A DNA stretch of 36,701 nucleotides from Priapulus caudatus (Eukaryota): positions 1,032,337-1,069,037 of the forward strand of contig NW_014577088.1 of the NCBI RefSeq assembly GCF_000485595.1, read 5' to 3'. The position numbers were made by a program, and so were the translations under genes. The notes under the pieces are model-generated. The model was not told where the DNA came from and did not search any database. It worked only from the letters and a program-made list of their open reading frames with translations. Within the stretch, counting starts at the first letter, position 1, and every line of letters starts with the position of its first letter. This document shows positions 23,483 to 35,759 of this stretch, in pieces.

Positions 23483-24760
23483 ATGTGTGTGTGTGTGTGT
23501 GGGTGTGTGTGTGTGTGTGTTTGCTGCTGTGTCCAGTGTGGTTGCTGTGTGTGCTGTGTGTGTGTGTGTGTGTGCTGTGTGTGTTGTTGAGTGTGTGTTG
23601 TGTGGGTGTGTGTGTGTCTGTGTTGTGTGTGTGTGTGTGTGTTGTGTGTGTGTGTTGCTGTGTGTGTGTGTGTTGTCTTGTCTGCATGTGGATGTGTGTG
23701 CTGCATGTGTGTGTCGGTGTGTGTGTTGTGTGTGTGCTGTAATGTGGTGCGTGCGTGGTGCTGGCTGTGTGTATGTGAAGACTGTGTGTGGTGTGTGTGT
23801 GTGGTGTGTGTGTGTGTGGTGTGTGCGGTGTGTGAAACTGTGTCGTGGTGCTCTCGCGCTGGTGTGTCGGCCTGTGGTGATGTGGTGCGCGCCGCCTCGC
23901 CTTTATTGCACGCGGAGGCGGGTGGTTTGACTCGTAAGTCGCGTCGTTAGCATTCATCTGCCCATTAAACATTTCATAATTAGCGTTCAATTAGCAATGA
24001 AGCCGCACGCTACACGCGTTGAGGCGGATTTGATGAGAGCTGCCCTAGCTCGTGTCTCCGTGTTAAGCGGCCTCACCATGCCTGCAGGTAGCGCAACCTC
24101 TGAACGCAATATAGCCACTGCACGCGCGCGCGCCATTAGCATGTTCGACTTGATCATTACGCCTGTTGCGGTCGTTGAACTGGTACGTCCCGGCGTTGCC
24201 TGGATCGCACCTAGGTCCAGCAGTGAGACGTAATTTGATATGGTGTCGTGGCCTGTGTGTGTGTGGTGTGTGTGTGTGTGTTGTAGGCTGCGGCGTGGTG
24301 GGTGGGTGTGCGGGGTGGGTGTGTGTGTGTGTGTGTGTGTGTGTTGGTGTTGTTGTGTTGTCGTGTTGGACATTCGGTGTGTGTTTGTGCGTTGTTGTGT
24401 CGTATTATGTGTGGTTGCCGGTTGTGTGTGTCTGTGTGTAGGTGCGGGGACGGGCGGGCGTTTGCGGGAGCTGTGTGTGTGTTAGCGCGCGGCGCGGGGT
24501 GTGTGTGGGTGTGGTGGTCCGTGGGTTGGGTGTGTGTGGCAGTGTCGTGTGTGGTTGTGCGTTTGCCGTGCGTGCGGCTGGCTTGTGTTTGCGCGGCTGT
24601 GCGTTGCCTGTCGTGTTGTGTGTGTAATGTGTGTGTGTGTCGTTGTGTGTGGGGTGCTGGACGACTGTGGTGTGGGTGTGTGTGTGTGTGTGTGTGGGAA
24701 GCTGTGTGGGTGTGTGTTGTGTGTGTGTGTGGGTGTCGTGCCGCAGCGCGCGCGCCTCGC
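23483..24760. repeat. Two long degenerate (GT)n tracts (~23483-23890 and ~24240-24760)
   Basis: Directly visible; source of the C/V- and H/T-rich ORFs. Confidence 0.9.
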
Positions 24761-24779
24761 GTGCACGCGAGGGGTGGTG

Positions 24780-25070
24780 ACCGCTAATCGCCGTCGTTAG
24801 CATTCATCTGCATTAAACATCATAATAGCCGTTCAATAGCAATGAAGCCGCACGTACAGCGGTTGAGGATGAGGAGAGCTGCCCTAGCTCTGTCTCCGTG
24901 TAAGCGGCTCACCATGTGCAGGTGAGCGCAACCTCTGAACGCATATAGGCACTGCACGCGCGCGCATTAGAATGTTCGCTGATCGTTACGCCTGTGCGTG
25001 TGAACTGGGTACGTCCGTGCCTGATCGCACCCTAAAGGTCCAGAGTTGAAGACGTAATTTGATATGGCGT
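24780..25070 (+). repeat. Indel-rich direct copy of ~23930-24245
   Basis: CGTCGTTAGCATTCATCTGC...GACGTAATTTGATATGG is present in both. Confidence 0.9.
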
Positions 25071-25095
25071 NNNNNNNNNNNNNNNNNNNNNNNNN
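25071..25095. other. Assembly gap (25 N)
   Basis: 25 consecutive N. Confidence 1.
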
Positions 25096-26368
25096 TCGCG
25101 TCCGCTCCTAAATTCCGTCTTAGCAATTGAGAGCCGTGCGATTTTAAGACGGAAGCGCTGGAATTCTCACTTCCGTCCGAAAGTCCTTATCCGTGATTGG
25201 TCGATTTTATGTGGACAAACCCCACGTGAGACTAAAATTCCACGTGATTTCAATATGGACCATTAAATAGGGAGTGCAAAAACTGTATCTTAATTTCGCA
25301 CACTAAATCAATCATCGCAGCTTAAGTTTTTAATGTGGAATTAGAATCAGCAAACATCGCTTCCCGTCCTAAAATCCGTCTTAGCAATGAGAGCCGTGAT
25401 TTTAGCGCACGGAAGCGACAATGGAATTCTGGACGAAAGTGAGAACTTCCATCGTCCTTAGTCCTATAAATCCACGGCTCTCCATTGGCTAAGACGCGAT
25501 TTGAGGACAGATAGCGATGTTTTGTGCATTTAATATCGCACATTAAAAACTTAGCTGCGATTGTGTATGATTTAGTGTGCGACATTAATACCGAAATTAA
25601 TAGCCCGTAGAGGCTGTCCAGAGCCTCTTCCTTCATACATGGCTCCTTTAAGAATACGAATTAATGTGGACATTAAATATGAATTCGTGCCCACCCGCGC
25701 GTCCCGAATTACGCATATTAAATGTGGACATTAACATATGAATTGTGTCGGCACGCGCAGCGTCCAATACGAGTTAATGTGGACTATTAAATCATGAATT
25801 GTGTCCACCCCGCGCGTCCAATACGAATTAATGTGCGACATTTAAATATGAATTGTGTCCTCCCCGGCCTGTGATACAACGTCGGCTGGCCTTGGTTTGG
25901 TCTGCTTATAGCAGTGGCGTAGCTACGGGGCGGCCTGGGGGGCACGAGCCCCCCCCCGCACAATATTTCTGTGCCCCCCCCAGGTGCCCCCCACTGGAAA
26001 ATTCATGCTTGATAAAAAAAAATTGAATTATAAAACAATGCCGTTAGAACAGTATAATACAAGAAAAGTTATATAAATTGTGCCCCCACGAAAATGTAAA
26101 GCGCCCCCCCCCAGTGCCCCCCGCTGAAAAAATCCTAGCTACGCCACTGCTTAAATACGGCAAACCCCCATGTACATTATTCGCTGGTGTTCGGTTATGT
26201 CAGCAGACATTCACCGAATATATTCTGCTTGACTAGAAAAAAACCTGTACGTCAGATGTATGTGCATGGCTATTGCGTGGACTGGATAGGATATAATAGA
26301 GATTGATCAGATATATGTGATTTGTGTTCTCTCTCTCTCTCTCTCTTCTCTCCTCTCTCTCTCTCTCT

Positions 26369-26424
<56 letters not shown>

Positions 26425-26430
26425 TCTCTT

Positions 26431-26468
<38 letters not shown>

Positions 26469-26493
26469 CTCTCTTCTCTCTCTCTCTCTCTCT

Positions 26494-26532
<39 letters not shown>

Positions 26533-27123
26533 TCTCTCTTTCTGTCGTGTGGTGTGTGTGTGTGTGTGTGTGTGTGGCTGTGCCGTGCATGCGCTTGTCT
26601 TCACGCACTGCGTGCGTTGCGTGCGCTGGCGCGTGAAATAAGTATGTATAGTATAGTCTTCTCTCATGCTTTCTATACGCTTCTCTGCATAATTGTCAGT
26701 CAACCCAATGAATTTCGTTTCGTATCACATGAGCAGAGAGCCATAGAGCGCAGAGATTGTGTTGCCACTAATGGTCCGAGACGTTCGCATCGCTTAAAAC
26801 TATGCAAACACGTGCGGACTCTTACATTCGCTATAAGCAAGCTAACTGTGGACACAGACTAGCCAGACTAAACCTTATGCAAGTCACGAGCCACAGCAAA
26901 CAAATGTAATGCAAACGGCGTAAGCCACGGTTGCCTTTACTCTGATGCCTAATTACAGGACTGCTCAATTTCTCTCTACTGCTGCCAGAACTCCTCATGT
27001 TCAAACGCCCACTCTGCCATCACACCTGCATGTCTATCAATAGGCAAGGAGTATAAAATAGTATTGACAAAAACTAAACGTATACGGCTTTCAATATGCT
27101 ATTATCACAGTGAGATTTGTTAA

Positions 27124-27130
<7 letters not shown>
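25096..27130 (+). repeat. Indel-rich direct copy of ~13100-15045
   Basis: Colinear through the TIR element, the hAT-like MITE, the CT/GT microsatellites and unique sequence, ending at GAGATTTGTTA. Confidence 0.9.
25912..26149. mobile_element. hAT-like MITE
   Basis: Perfect 14-bp TIRs CAGTGGCGTAGCTA (25912-25925) and TAGCTACGCCACTG (26136-26149), 238 bp, non-coding; TSD unreadable. Superfamily inferred from the CAG start. Confidence 0.75.
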
Positions 27131-27159
<29 letters not shown>

Positions 27160-27584
27160 CCAAAACCCAACGCACGCACACCCGAGCAAAACACCGGAAG
27201 GTGGCAGCCCAAAAACATGTTACGCTCGATGTTCGGTGGCGCCTGTGCGGCATTCCCGAAACAAGGAAACATTGCTCAGCCTGAGGTGTGTGTCTGTGTG
27301 TCTGTGTGTGTGTGTGTGCGTGCGTGTGTGTGTGTGTGTGTGCGCGCGCGCGTGCGTGCGCGCATACGTAGTACCTGCTTGCGTGTATAAGCGCGTGTAT
27401 ATGGTAAGTAGATACGTAAGCAAGGACGTGTATATGGTAAGTCCATGCGTTCGTATGCGTGCGGGTGCATGGACTCTCCGCTTTTTGAACCATATGAGCG
27501 TATTGAGAGTGCGTCCGTCCGTGCTTGACACGAACATTGGCAGATACTACACGAGTACGAGGCAAGCCACATATACTCCCGCGT

Positions 27585-29958
27585 CGTGCGTACGAGGGAC
27601 CGGCATCGTGCTCTCGTACGTTTGAGTCACGAATCTAAGCAATCCCCAAAGCAAGCAATCAAGCATCCCCACGTGCGCCTCTCAGACGACAAAAAGTGGA
27701 TTCAATCAGTGAATTGCCAGTGCAAACCTCAGATACTTCAAACATGAAAGTAGATGCTCATTTGTCGCCACAATTATCAATTGGCATCTTCGTACAGAAA
27801 TTGGGCCAGACTAATTCACCAGTGATTTGTGACAGTCACCATAGTGTATATGTAAGCGGCTATTAACTAAAAGAAATTAATGTGCTAGATTCAGAGAACC
27901 AACGTCATCGGCGCCTGTTTTGAGACATTTTATTTTCAACGATACTTAAACGTTCTAACATGCTTCGTCCCTGATCAGTGTTTCTCTGCCTCCTTCGCCA
28001 GCGAAGCTCCAAGCGTCTCCACTCTACCAAAGGTGTCATCGACCTGGACAAGGGTCCATTGGCATGGCTTCTAGGATCTTATTTCAGATATTTCGTGGAC
28101 AATAATCGAAGTACCCATTACGAAAATTGTATTTTCAGCCCTGACCTAATATTTTCTTGAGTTTATTGAAACGAGTATGAAAGCAATAGATTTCCATTAC
28201 TAGCCTTACATTACATTCAGTGTATGTCTTGCCCGCCTGATGTATAATTATAATATTACAGTTATGCACATGCACTAGTCATCTCCGCAAAGAAACCTAC
28301 CCTGTGTTCATTGATTACCGGTTTCTGAATTACGTGTAGAGTGCTTTGGAAAAATATACTCGAGTTATGACTCTAAATACGTGTAGTTTGGGTGTAATGG
28401 GCTGCACATGTAAGAGGCATCGAATGCTTAAAACATCGCATTTCGTATTCGGCTATCTCCAAATGCCCTACATCACAAGAGGCATATTGTAGTGATTCAT
28501 CAAGCCCATTTTACAGTATAATACGGTTGATGTAATACTTTAGCGCCAGTTAGAGTAACGGCATCAGCAACAGCCACAGGCAGCCGAGAAAACGAGATGA
28601 GCGCAATTATAAAAACGATAGCAGCTGAAAAGGCAGCAGCAGACGCAGAAAAAAAGTATAATAGTATAGAAAACAGCAACAGTTTGTCGCGTATTGATTC
28701 GTAATGTCAGTTGCAAATGGAGGACTGCCTAAAAGGAGTTCTTGCATCGTATACATATAGTTACATGGGTAACACACCGTATAGGGTGGTGTATGTATAC
28801 TGTCCACTTTCTGGTCGTCACTCCTGGCAAATTCGCTTTTGCTAATATAGATGAGGCTATATACGTGGAATTCACTTGCAGCAGTCGCTCTAATCTTTTC
28901 TGTGCCTTCGCGTCTTTACGAATACCTCACGCATTACCAAGACAAGCAAACACCGCATCCATTCAGTTTCTTACCTGTGTCTATAGCGGCGCAGAGCTCG
29001 GAGCTTTAGTAACCCTGTGCTAATTAATCCATGCTCTAAGCAATTCCGACATTCCCGGCTGCAAATCAACGTCCAAAAACTAAAAGCTAAACGGCAGGTT
29101 TATTCTGGGAGAGTTCGCTGTAGTGCGCATGCTACGATGCGAGCGTGTGAGACAGTTACGTTGGTTGACATACGAAGCAGTGAGCGAGGGCCATGAACGC
29201 AAACGGACAGGCTTTAGCAGTGGTGAGCAGTGGCAGCCGTGTTTCTGTAAACATCATAAAGTTACCTTCTTACATATATATTTCTTATTTTATACATTGG
29301 CATCTTCTATATTGTTGTCTATCTACTAGCTCACACACTCAACCCGCGTAGCTCTTTCGCCACACCGGTATGTAGCTCCGAATAGCCACGGACACATTTT
29401 ATATAGGAATGTTTTGTGATGCGTGTTTTCATGGCATACAATCGTATTTATATACGTGCGTGTCACCTCTATGATTACTCGCCCCAAGCGCCTATTTATT
29501 GATTCACACACTGATTATTGATTTAGGCACGCGAGCGCACACGTATACGCACGCACGCACGCACGCACGCACCGTCCACACACAAGAACGCAGCGTCCAC
29601 ACGCACGAACGCACGAACACACACGTGCGTGCGCAATACCGACTTTACTCGCGCTTAAACCTACGCCCTTATTCGCATGCACCGCCAACCACATTTGTCT
29701 TGTCGAAATATTTCCAAAATGTTTATGCAGATGAAAAGGCATTTGTATGTCGCCCGTAGCGGCAGGCGTAGACATGCGGATGTGTACCGACGTTCAGATG
29801 ACTGTATTTTGTCATATAATTTAGATCGATTTAAACGTGCATGCTGGGGCATTCTGCTTGTAAATGAGACCTATACCGACCAACTCCGTACGCATACACG
29901 TATACAGGCATATACGCACACACAAGTAAACACTGTACCTCGGGGACACACGCACGCA
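27585..29958 (+). repeat. Direct duplicate of ~33097-35775
   Basis: Colinear from TGCGTACGA..GGCATCGT to CTGTACCTCG..GACAC. The distal copy is ~0.3 kb longer through scattered small insertions. Confidence 0.9.
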
Positions 29959-29959
29959 A

Positions 29960-30335
29960 CGTGCGTACGTACGTGTGTGATGGACGTGCGTACGTACGTG
30001 TGTAATGGGCGTGCGTGCGTACGTACGTGTGTGATGGGCGTGCGTGCGTACGTACGTGTGTGATGGACGCGCGTACGTACGTGTGTGATGGACGTGCGTA
30101 CGTACGTGTGTGATGGACGCGCGTACGTACGTGTGTGATGGGCGCGCGTACGTACGTGTGTGATGGGCGTGCGTACGTACGTGTGTGATGGGCGTGCGTG
30201 CGTACGTACTTTGTGATGGACGTGCGTACGTACTTTGTGATGGGCGTGCGTACGTATTTGTGTGATGGGCGTGCGTACGTACACGCGTGGTGGGCGTGCG
30301 CACGTACGTGTGTGATGGGTGTGCACACGTACGTG
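29960..30335. repeat. 25-bp minisatellite (GTGTGTGATGGRCGTGCGTACGTAC)n, right part
   Basis: About 14-15 units; produces the repetitive ORFs at 29821-30474. Confidence 0.9.
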
Positions 30336-31116
30336 CGTCCGTGTCTGCGCGCGCGCGTGAGTTTGACGTATGTGTATAGATAGAAGTGTGTGTGCATGCA
30401 TATGTTGCCACGCACATCGTGTTTATGCAACCAAACTGCGGAAAATGAGTAGCCATGTTTGGCCTCCTATCCATCCAGCCATATCAGTTGAACACAACGA
30501 TACTGGGCGTTTAAATCCGTTCAAAATTGCACCCTTTCCGAGATTTCTAGATAAATAGACATGTAGCGCGTCTGCATGCTTGCATTAAATTGATTGTCTA
30601 CATTTTGCACTGCAAGTGATGAACCCTACAACACTCAAACGGTCTCTCACAATATGCCAGCGCCATACAGCGGATACTAGTAATACCGGACAGGTTTTGT
30701 TCGTTTCAGCTTCATCAGCGTGCTTCACGCTATTGAACGACAGAATGAAATAACACTTGTATACTGGCGTAAATGCAGACTCAACCAACAGAAGCTATTC
30801 GCTTGCGAATTAACACTTGTATACTGCGTAGCATGTCAGCTACCTGGCAATGTATAACATTAACCTTTAGCGGGTAACCGGCTGACGATACATAAGAGAA
30901 CTCTACGCTATAAATTAATGCGACGAACATTTATAAATCAGCCATGATACCCTAAACACTGAATCTCGCTGCACTGCTTGCTGTTCACAGATTGGGATCG
31001 ATGATGGCGCCCCTACAACGCCATGCATTCCATAACGTGCCATGTGATTCTATTGATTTACGGGCTACATAACTAAATTAAGTGGCGGTATCTTAGTACG
31101 TAATTGGAACCTGGGT

Positions 31117-31122
31117 TTTATT
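31117..31122 (-). promoter_or_regulatory. Candidate polyadenylation signal for the 31319-31990 ORF
   Basis: TTTATT on + is AATAAA on -, ~200 nt past the stop codon. Confidence 0.4.
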
Positions 31123-31318
31123 CGGCGGATAATTGACGCGTCGTCTGAAAACGAATGTCGAATGTCAACCCCATTCCCACCGCAGCTGCTGCTACCTGCA
31201 TGTATACGCACTGCAACGACGAGCTACCTGTCGCCATCGATGTAGTCGCCACCCAGCGCTTGCGCCACACGCCTACACTGGCGGGAGTCCAGGATGGATA
31301 TTCGCGTCGGTGCATCTG

Positions 31319-31990
31319 CTATGTGTCGGAGCCCGCTAGCGAGATGTTGTCGAGCGGAACGTCCGCCTCCGAGGGCAGGTCCGCCAACCAGCGGCGACAC
31401 TTCTCGTACTGGCTGTCGTCGAACATCTCGATGGTTGCCAGCGGCGCCGTCAGCTTCATGTCGGAGATGTCGAGCAGCGGACAGCCGGGCGGCACCTTCA
31501 CGGCCGCGTAGCTGCGGTACATGTCGGAGACATTGTCTCTGCTCGCGTTCGTGTCCTGGTCGTCGTCGTCAAGGCTCGACGCGTCGGGCGCCTGCACGAG
31601 CAGACTCAGCATGCTCGTCTTCGCCGAGAGGCTGGAGTAAGGCGACAGCTGCCCGGCCCCTCCGCCTCCTCCGGGAGTAGGCGCCACTAGCAGCTGCTGC
31701 GCGTCGGTTATCGACGGGCACGAAGTCGACCTCGTGCTGATGAGCGGGTTCAACAGATTGTCACATTTCGTGCTGGCAGGACTTCGCGGCGACGCGCGAG
31801 ACATTTCGCCACGCGTGGCGCCGCCGCCGCCGGCGCCACCGCCGCCGTCCTCATCCTTTCGCGGGATGTCCATCGAACTCACGCTCCGATACACGGGCTT
31901 CTCCGGTGTGATGCTGTCGCCCCCTGGCGTCGGCAACATGCTGAAATCGTCCACGGAGATCCGCGGTTTTAACAGCTTCTCGTGCGACAT
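31319..31990 (-). CDS. Uncharacterised 223-aa protein, largely low-complexity (S/P/G/D-rich), single uninterrupted coding segment
   Basis: The frame is open 31319-32125. The first ATG is at 31990 (GAAATGTCG; MSHEKLLKPRIS...), with an in-frame TAG at 32126-32128 upstream. GC and GC3 are much higher than in the flanks, the composition is not microsatellite-derived, and AATAAA follows downstream. No family recognised; it could also be a terminal exon entered through an internal acceptor. Confidence 0.7.
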   Translation of the reverse strand: MSHEKLLKPRISVDDFSMLPTPGGDSITPEKPVYRSVSSMDIPRKDEDGGGGAGGGGATRGEMSRASPRSPASTKCDNLLNPLISTRSTSCPSITDAQQLLVAPTPGGGGGAGQLSPYSSLSAKTSMLSLLVQAPDASSLDDDDQDTNASRDNVSDMYRSYAAVKVPPGCPLLDISDMKLTAPLATIEMFDDSQYEKCRRWLADLPSEADVPLDNISLAGSDT

Positions 31991-33024
31991 TTCGAGCGGG
32001 TCGTTCGTTGTCGGAATGAAACAGCTCTCCGGTGGCACACCCGCTTGTTTATCCTCCCACACACAGCTCAGAAGAGCGCTACAGCGAGGTGTTACAAGGG
32101 GACGGGGCTGCCAGGCAGGCACGTGCTACCACCGGCACTAGGCCGTAGCACGCGGTCGGCAGGCACTCGCACTGGTCGGCTTCTCGCAGTAACGGCCAAA
32201 TATCACGAACACCTGTAGCTCTGTAAGCGACACCATACATTCACAGGTGGCGACGCGAACAGTTGGCTGCCGGAGAAATAACGGAGCAGAGACGTGTGTG
32301 CGGCCTAGTGTTCACTCTCACAGCTCGTCGGCGTTCCTTAATCCCGCCTCTCTATCCTCGTGTGCGAATTCTGAGACGCAGGAAAGCAACGTTTGACGAT
32401 GCCTCATGTACTCACCGCACGGGCCCGCGCGGTGGTTCTCTTATGAAAATGCATCCATGCGCCGCCGTCGGTTCTTACATGTGCCGTCGTCGGCATCGTC
32501 TGCTCGTCGATACGCTCTCGCCAGCCGACACCCGCTGCTTCCGGCGTATATCGCTCAACACGAGCCACGAGCGCGTGCGTGCGTGTCTACCGCATCACAG
32601 CGTTGACTACTCGCCGACCTCCGGATTTCCGCGAGGCCCGGTGACCATGCGACGGTGACCTCCCGTCGTCGTCCTGTTGTTCTGCGTGTGCGAGTAGCAG
32701 CCGACGTGTTCGACGTGCGCTTGAATGCAACCGCTGCCGTCGTTAATAGTGAGTTGTTTTCTTCAACGGCCGTGTTTGCGAGCGGGTTACCCGTCGTGCG
32801 TTTGCGGCCGATTGCAACGAAAGTAATACCGAGGAATGTTACGTTCCGACGTGCAAGACAGCAGTTGAGGGACGACGAGCATCCACGCGCACGCGCGCCC
32901 TTGACGTTCAGACTGTTATTAGTTGGCTTGACAACAGTGCTTATAAATCTCCCCTCTAGGTCTCTTATTCCCGTTCTCTTTCTCTCTATGTCTCACTTAC
33001 GTGCGCGCGCGCTCACTCTCTTTT

Positions 33025-33044
33025 TCGCTCTCTCGCTCTCTCAT

Positions 33045-33094
<50 letters not shown>
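33025..33094. repeat. (CT)n/(GA)n microsatellite upstream of the minus-strand ORF
   Basis: Directly visible. Confidence 0.95.
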
Positions 33095-33097
<3 letters not shown>

Positions 33098-35759
33098 TGC
33101 GTACGACGGGACGCGGCATCGTCTCTCGTACCGTTTGAGTCACGAACTCTAAAGCCAATCCCCAAAGCAAGCCAATTCAAGCGATCCCCACGTGCGGCCT
33201 CGCAGACGGAACAAAAAGGTGTGTATTCAATCACGTGAATTGCCGAGCTCCAGAGAGCGCGTGCGGAGATACTTCAAAACATAAATAAGGCATAGCTCGA
33301 TTTGTGCCAGCCACCAATTATACAGATGGGGCATCTTCAGCGAGCAGCCACAACTTGGACGCCAGACTAATTCACCGAGTGCAAAATGTGTCGACAGGCA
33401 CCATAGCTGCTCATATGCTAAGCGGCTATTAACTAAATAAGAAATTCAATAGTGCTAGATTCCAGGAGAAAGCCACGTCATCGGCGCCTGTTTGAGGACA
33501 TTGTTATTTTGCAGACGATACTTAAACGTTCTTAAACATGCGGTCATTCCCTGATGCAGTGTTTGCGTCTGCCTCCTTCGCCAGCGAAGTCCAGAAGCGT
33601 CTCCACTCTACCGAAACGGTTGCTCATTCGACCTGCGACAAGGGCTCCATTGCGCATGGCTATCTAGGATCTTATTTCACCCCGATATCTTGCGGTGAGG
33701 CACAATAATCGAAGTACCATACGAACAAGTTGGTATTTCAGCCCGTACCGAATATTTTCTTCGAGTTACTTGAACGAGTATGAAAGCCAACTACGATTCT
33801 CCAGACTTACTAGGCTTACATGTACATCCCAGTGTAGTGCCCTTGCCCGCCTGATGTATAATTATAATCCATTACAGTTTATGCCACGATGCGACTAGTC
33901 ATCTCCGCAAAGAAACGCGTGACGCGTGGTGGGTTCAGGTTGATTACCGGTTTCGAATTACGTGGAGCAGTGCTGTGGAAAATACTACTCGAGTTTTGAC
34001 TCTACGATACGTGTAGTGTTGACCCGGGTAATGGGCTGCTCACAGTAAGAGCGAAAATCGAATTGCTTAAAAAGCATCGCCATCTTCGTAGTTCCGGCTA
34101 TCCTCAAAATGCCCCTACATCACAAAGGCGCATCATCTGTAGTGATTCATCAGAGCCCATATTCTTCACAGTCATAATACGGTTGATGTAATGACGTTTA
34201 GCGGGGCCAGCTGTCAGAGTAAACCACGGCGGCATCGAGCAACGAAGCCCACCCGGCCAGCGGGAGTCCGGAGAAAACGAGATCATGAGCGCACATTCAT
34301 TAAAACCACGAAGCAGCTGAAAAGCCGCAGCAAGACGCAGAAACACAAGTATAATCAGTCATAGCAACAGCAACAGTTTTGTCGCTTATTGATTCTATCG
34401 GTCAGTTGCAAATGGTGGAGGACCTGCCTCACAAGGGGATGAGCTTCCTGCTGGCATCGTATACACTATAGTCCTCATCACCTGGGGTAACAACGCTATA
34501 GGGTCCGGGTGTATGTATACCCTGTCCACGTTCTGGTCGTCACTCCTGGCACAAAATTCAGCTTTTGCCTAATATAGATGAGGCTATAACGCTGGAATCA
34601 TTTGCAAGCAGTCGCCCTCTAACTCTTTTGCTCGGTGCCTTTCGCGTCTGGACGAATACCTCACGCGATTCCACCCAAGACAAGCACCAACTACCGCATT
34701 CCATTCAGTTTTGACCTGCTGTCCATATACGGCGGCGCCCCAGAGCTCGGAAGCTTTAGTTTAACCGCTGTCGTAATTACATCCATGCTCTAAGCCAATT
34801 CCGACATTCCGGCTGCAAATCAACGTCCCAAAAAAACTAGAAAGCTAAACGCAGGTTTATTCTGGGGAGAAGTTCGCGGGTAGTGCGCATGCTACGATGC
34901 GAAGCGTGAGACAGTTACGTTGGTTGACATACGAAGCAGTGAGCGAGCGGGGCCATCGAACGCAAACGGACAGGCTTTAGCCACGCTGGTGAGCAGTGCA
35001 GCCGTGTTTCTGTAAACATCATAAAGTTACCTTCTACAGTATATATTTCTATGTTTTATACAAGTGGCATCTTCTTATATTGTTGTTCTATCTATCTGAG
35101 CCTCACACACTCAACCGCGTTAGCGTCTCTCGGCCACACGGGTGGTGATTAGCTGGCCCGAATAGCAGCGGACACATTTTTATATAGGAATGTTTTTGTG
35201 ATCGTGTTTTCGATGGCATACAACGATTTATATACGGCGTTGTCACCTCTATCATTACTCGCCCCAAGGCCTATTATTGATTCACATTGCACTGATATTG
35301 ATTTAGCACGCGGATGGTGCGCCACACGTATACGGCACGCCACGCCACGCACGCACGGCACCGTCGCGAGGCACACCCCAAGAACGCAGTTGACGCCACA
35401 CAGCTGACGAACGCACGAACACCACACGTGCGTGAACCGCGAATAGCTCGAACTTTACTCGCGCTTTAAACGCGTAGCGCCTCTATTCGCACTCACCGCC
35501 AACCACACCGTTGTCTTGTGTCAAATATTCCAAAATGCTTTATGCAATGAAACGGCATTTGTATGCGCCGTAGGGCAGGCGTAACATGCTATTGAGACGT
35601 TCAGGGATTATCTTGTATCTATATATGTATATTTCGATTTAACACGTGCACTGCCGGGCATCTGCTTGTAAATGAGACCTATACGACCAACTCCGTTACG
35701 CATACACGTATAAAGCAGGCATATACGCACACACAGAGTAAACACATCTGTACCTCGCG

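Noticed and set aside
25653..25871. CRISPR-like array of partly palindromic repeats (also 13670-13876)
   Set aside because: Units are head-to-tail with no unique spacers, there are no cas genes, the context is eukaryotic, and the units form the end of a TIR element.
26233..26862. ER-repeat and LS-repeat ORFs
   Set aside because: Translations of (GA)n/(CT)n.
29821..30474. Three overlapping 176-217-aa repetitive ORFs
   Set aside because: Produced by the stop-free minus strand of the 25-bp minisatellite.
31991..32122. GTG-initiated 44-aa N-terminal extension given by the ORF track
   Set aside because: GTG starts are uncommon in eukaryotes; the first ATG in reasonable context is at 31990.
31155..32141. 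Plus-strand ORFs overlapping the orphan gene
   Set aside because: Antisense shadows expected from a GC3-rich coding strand.
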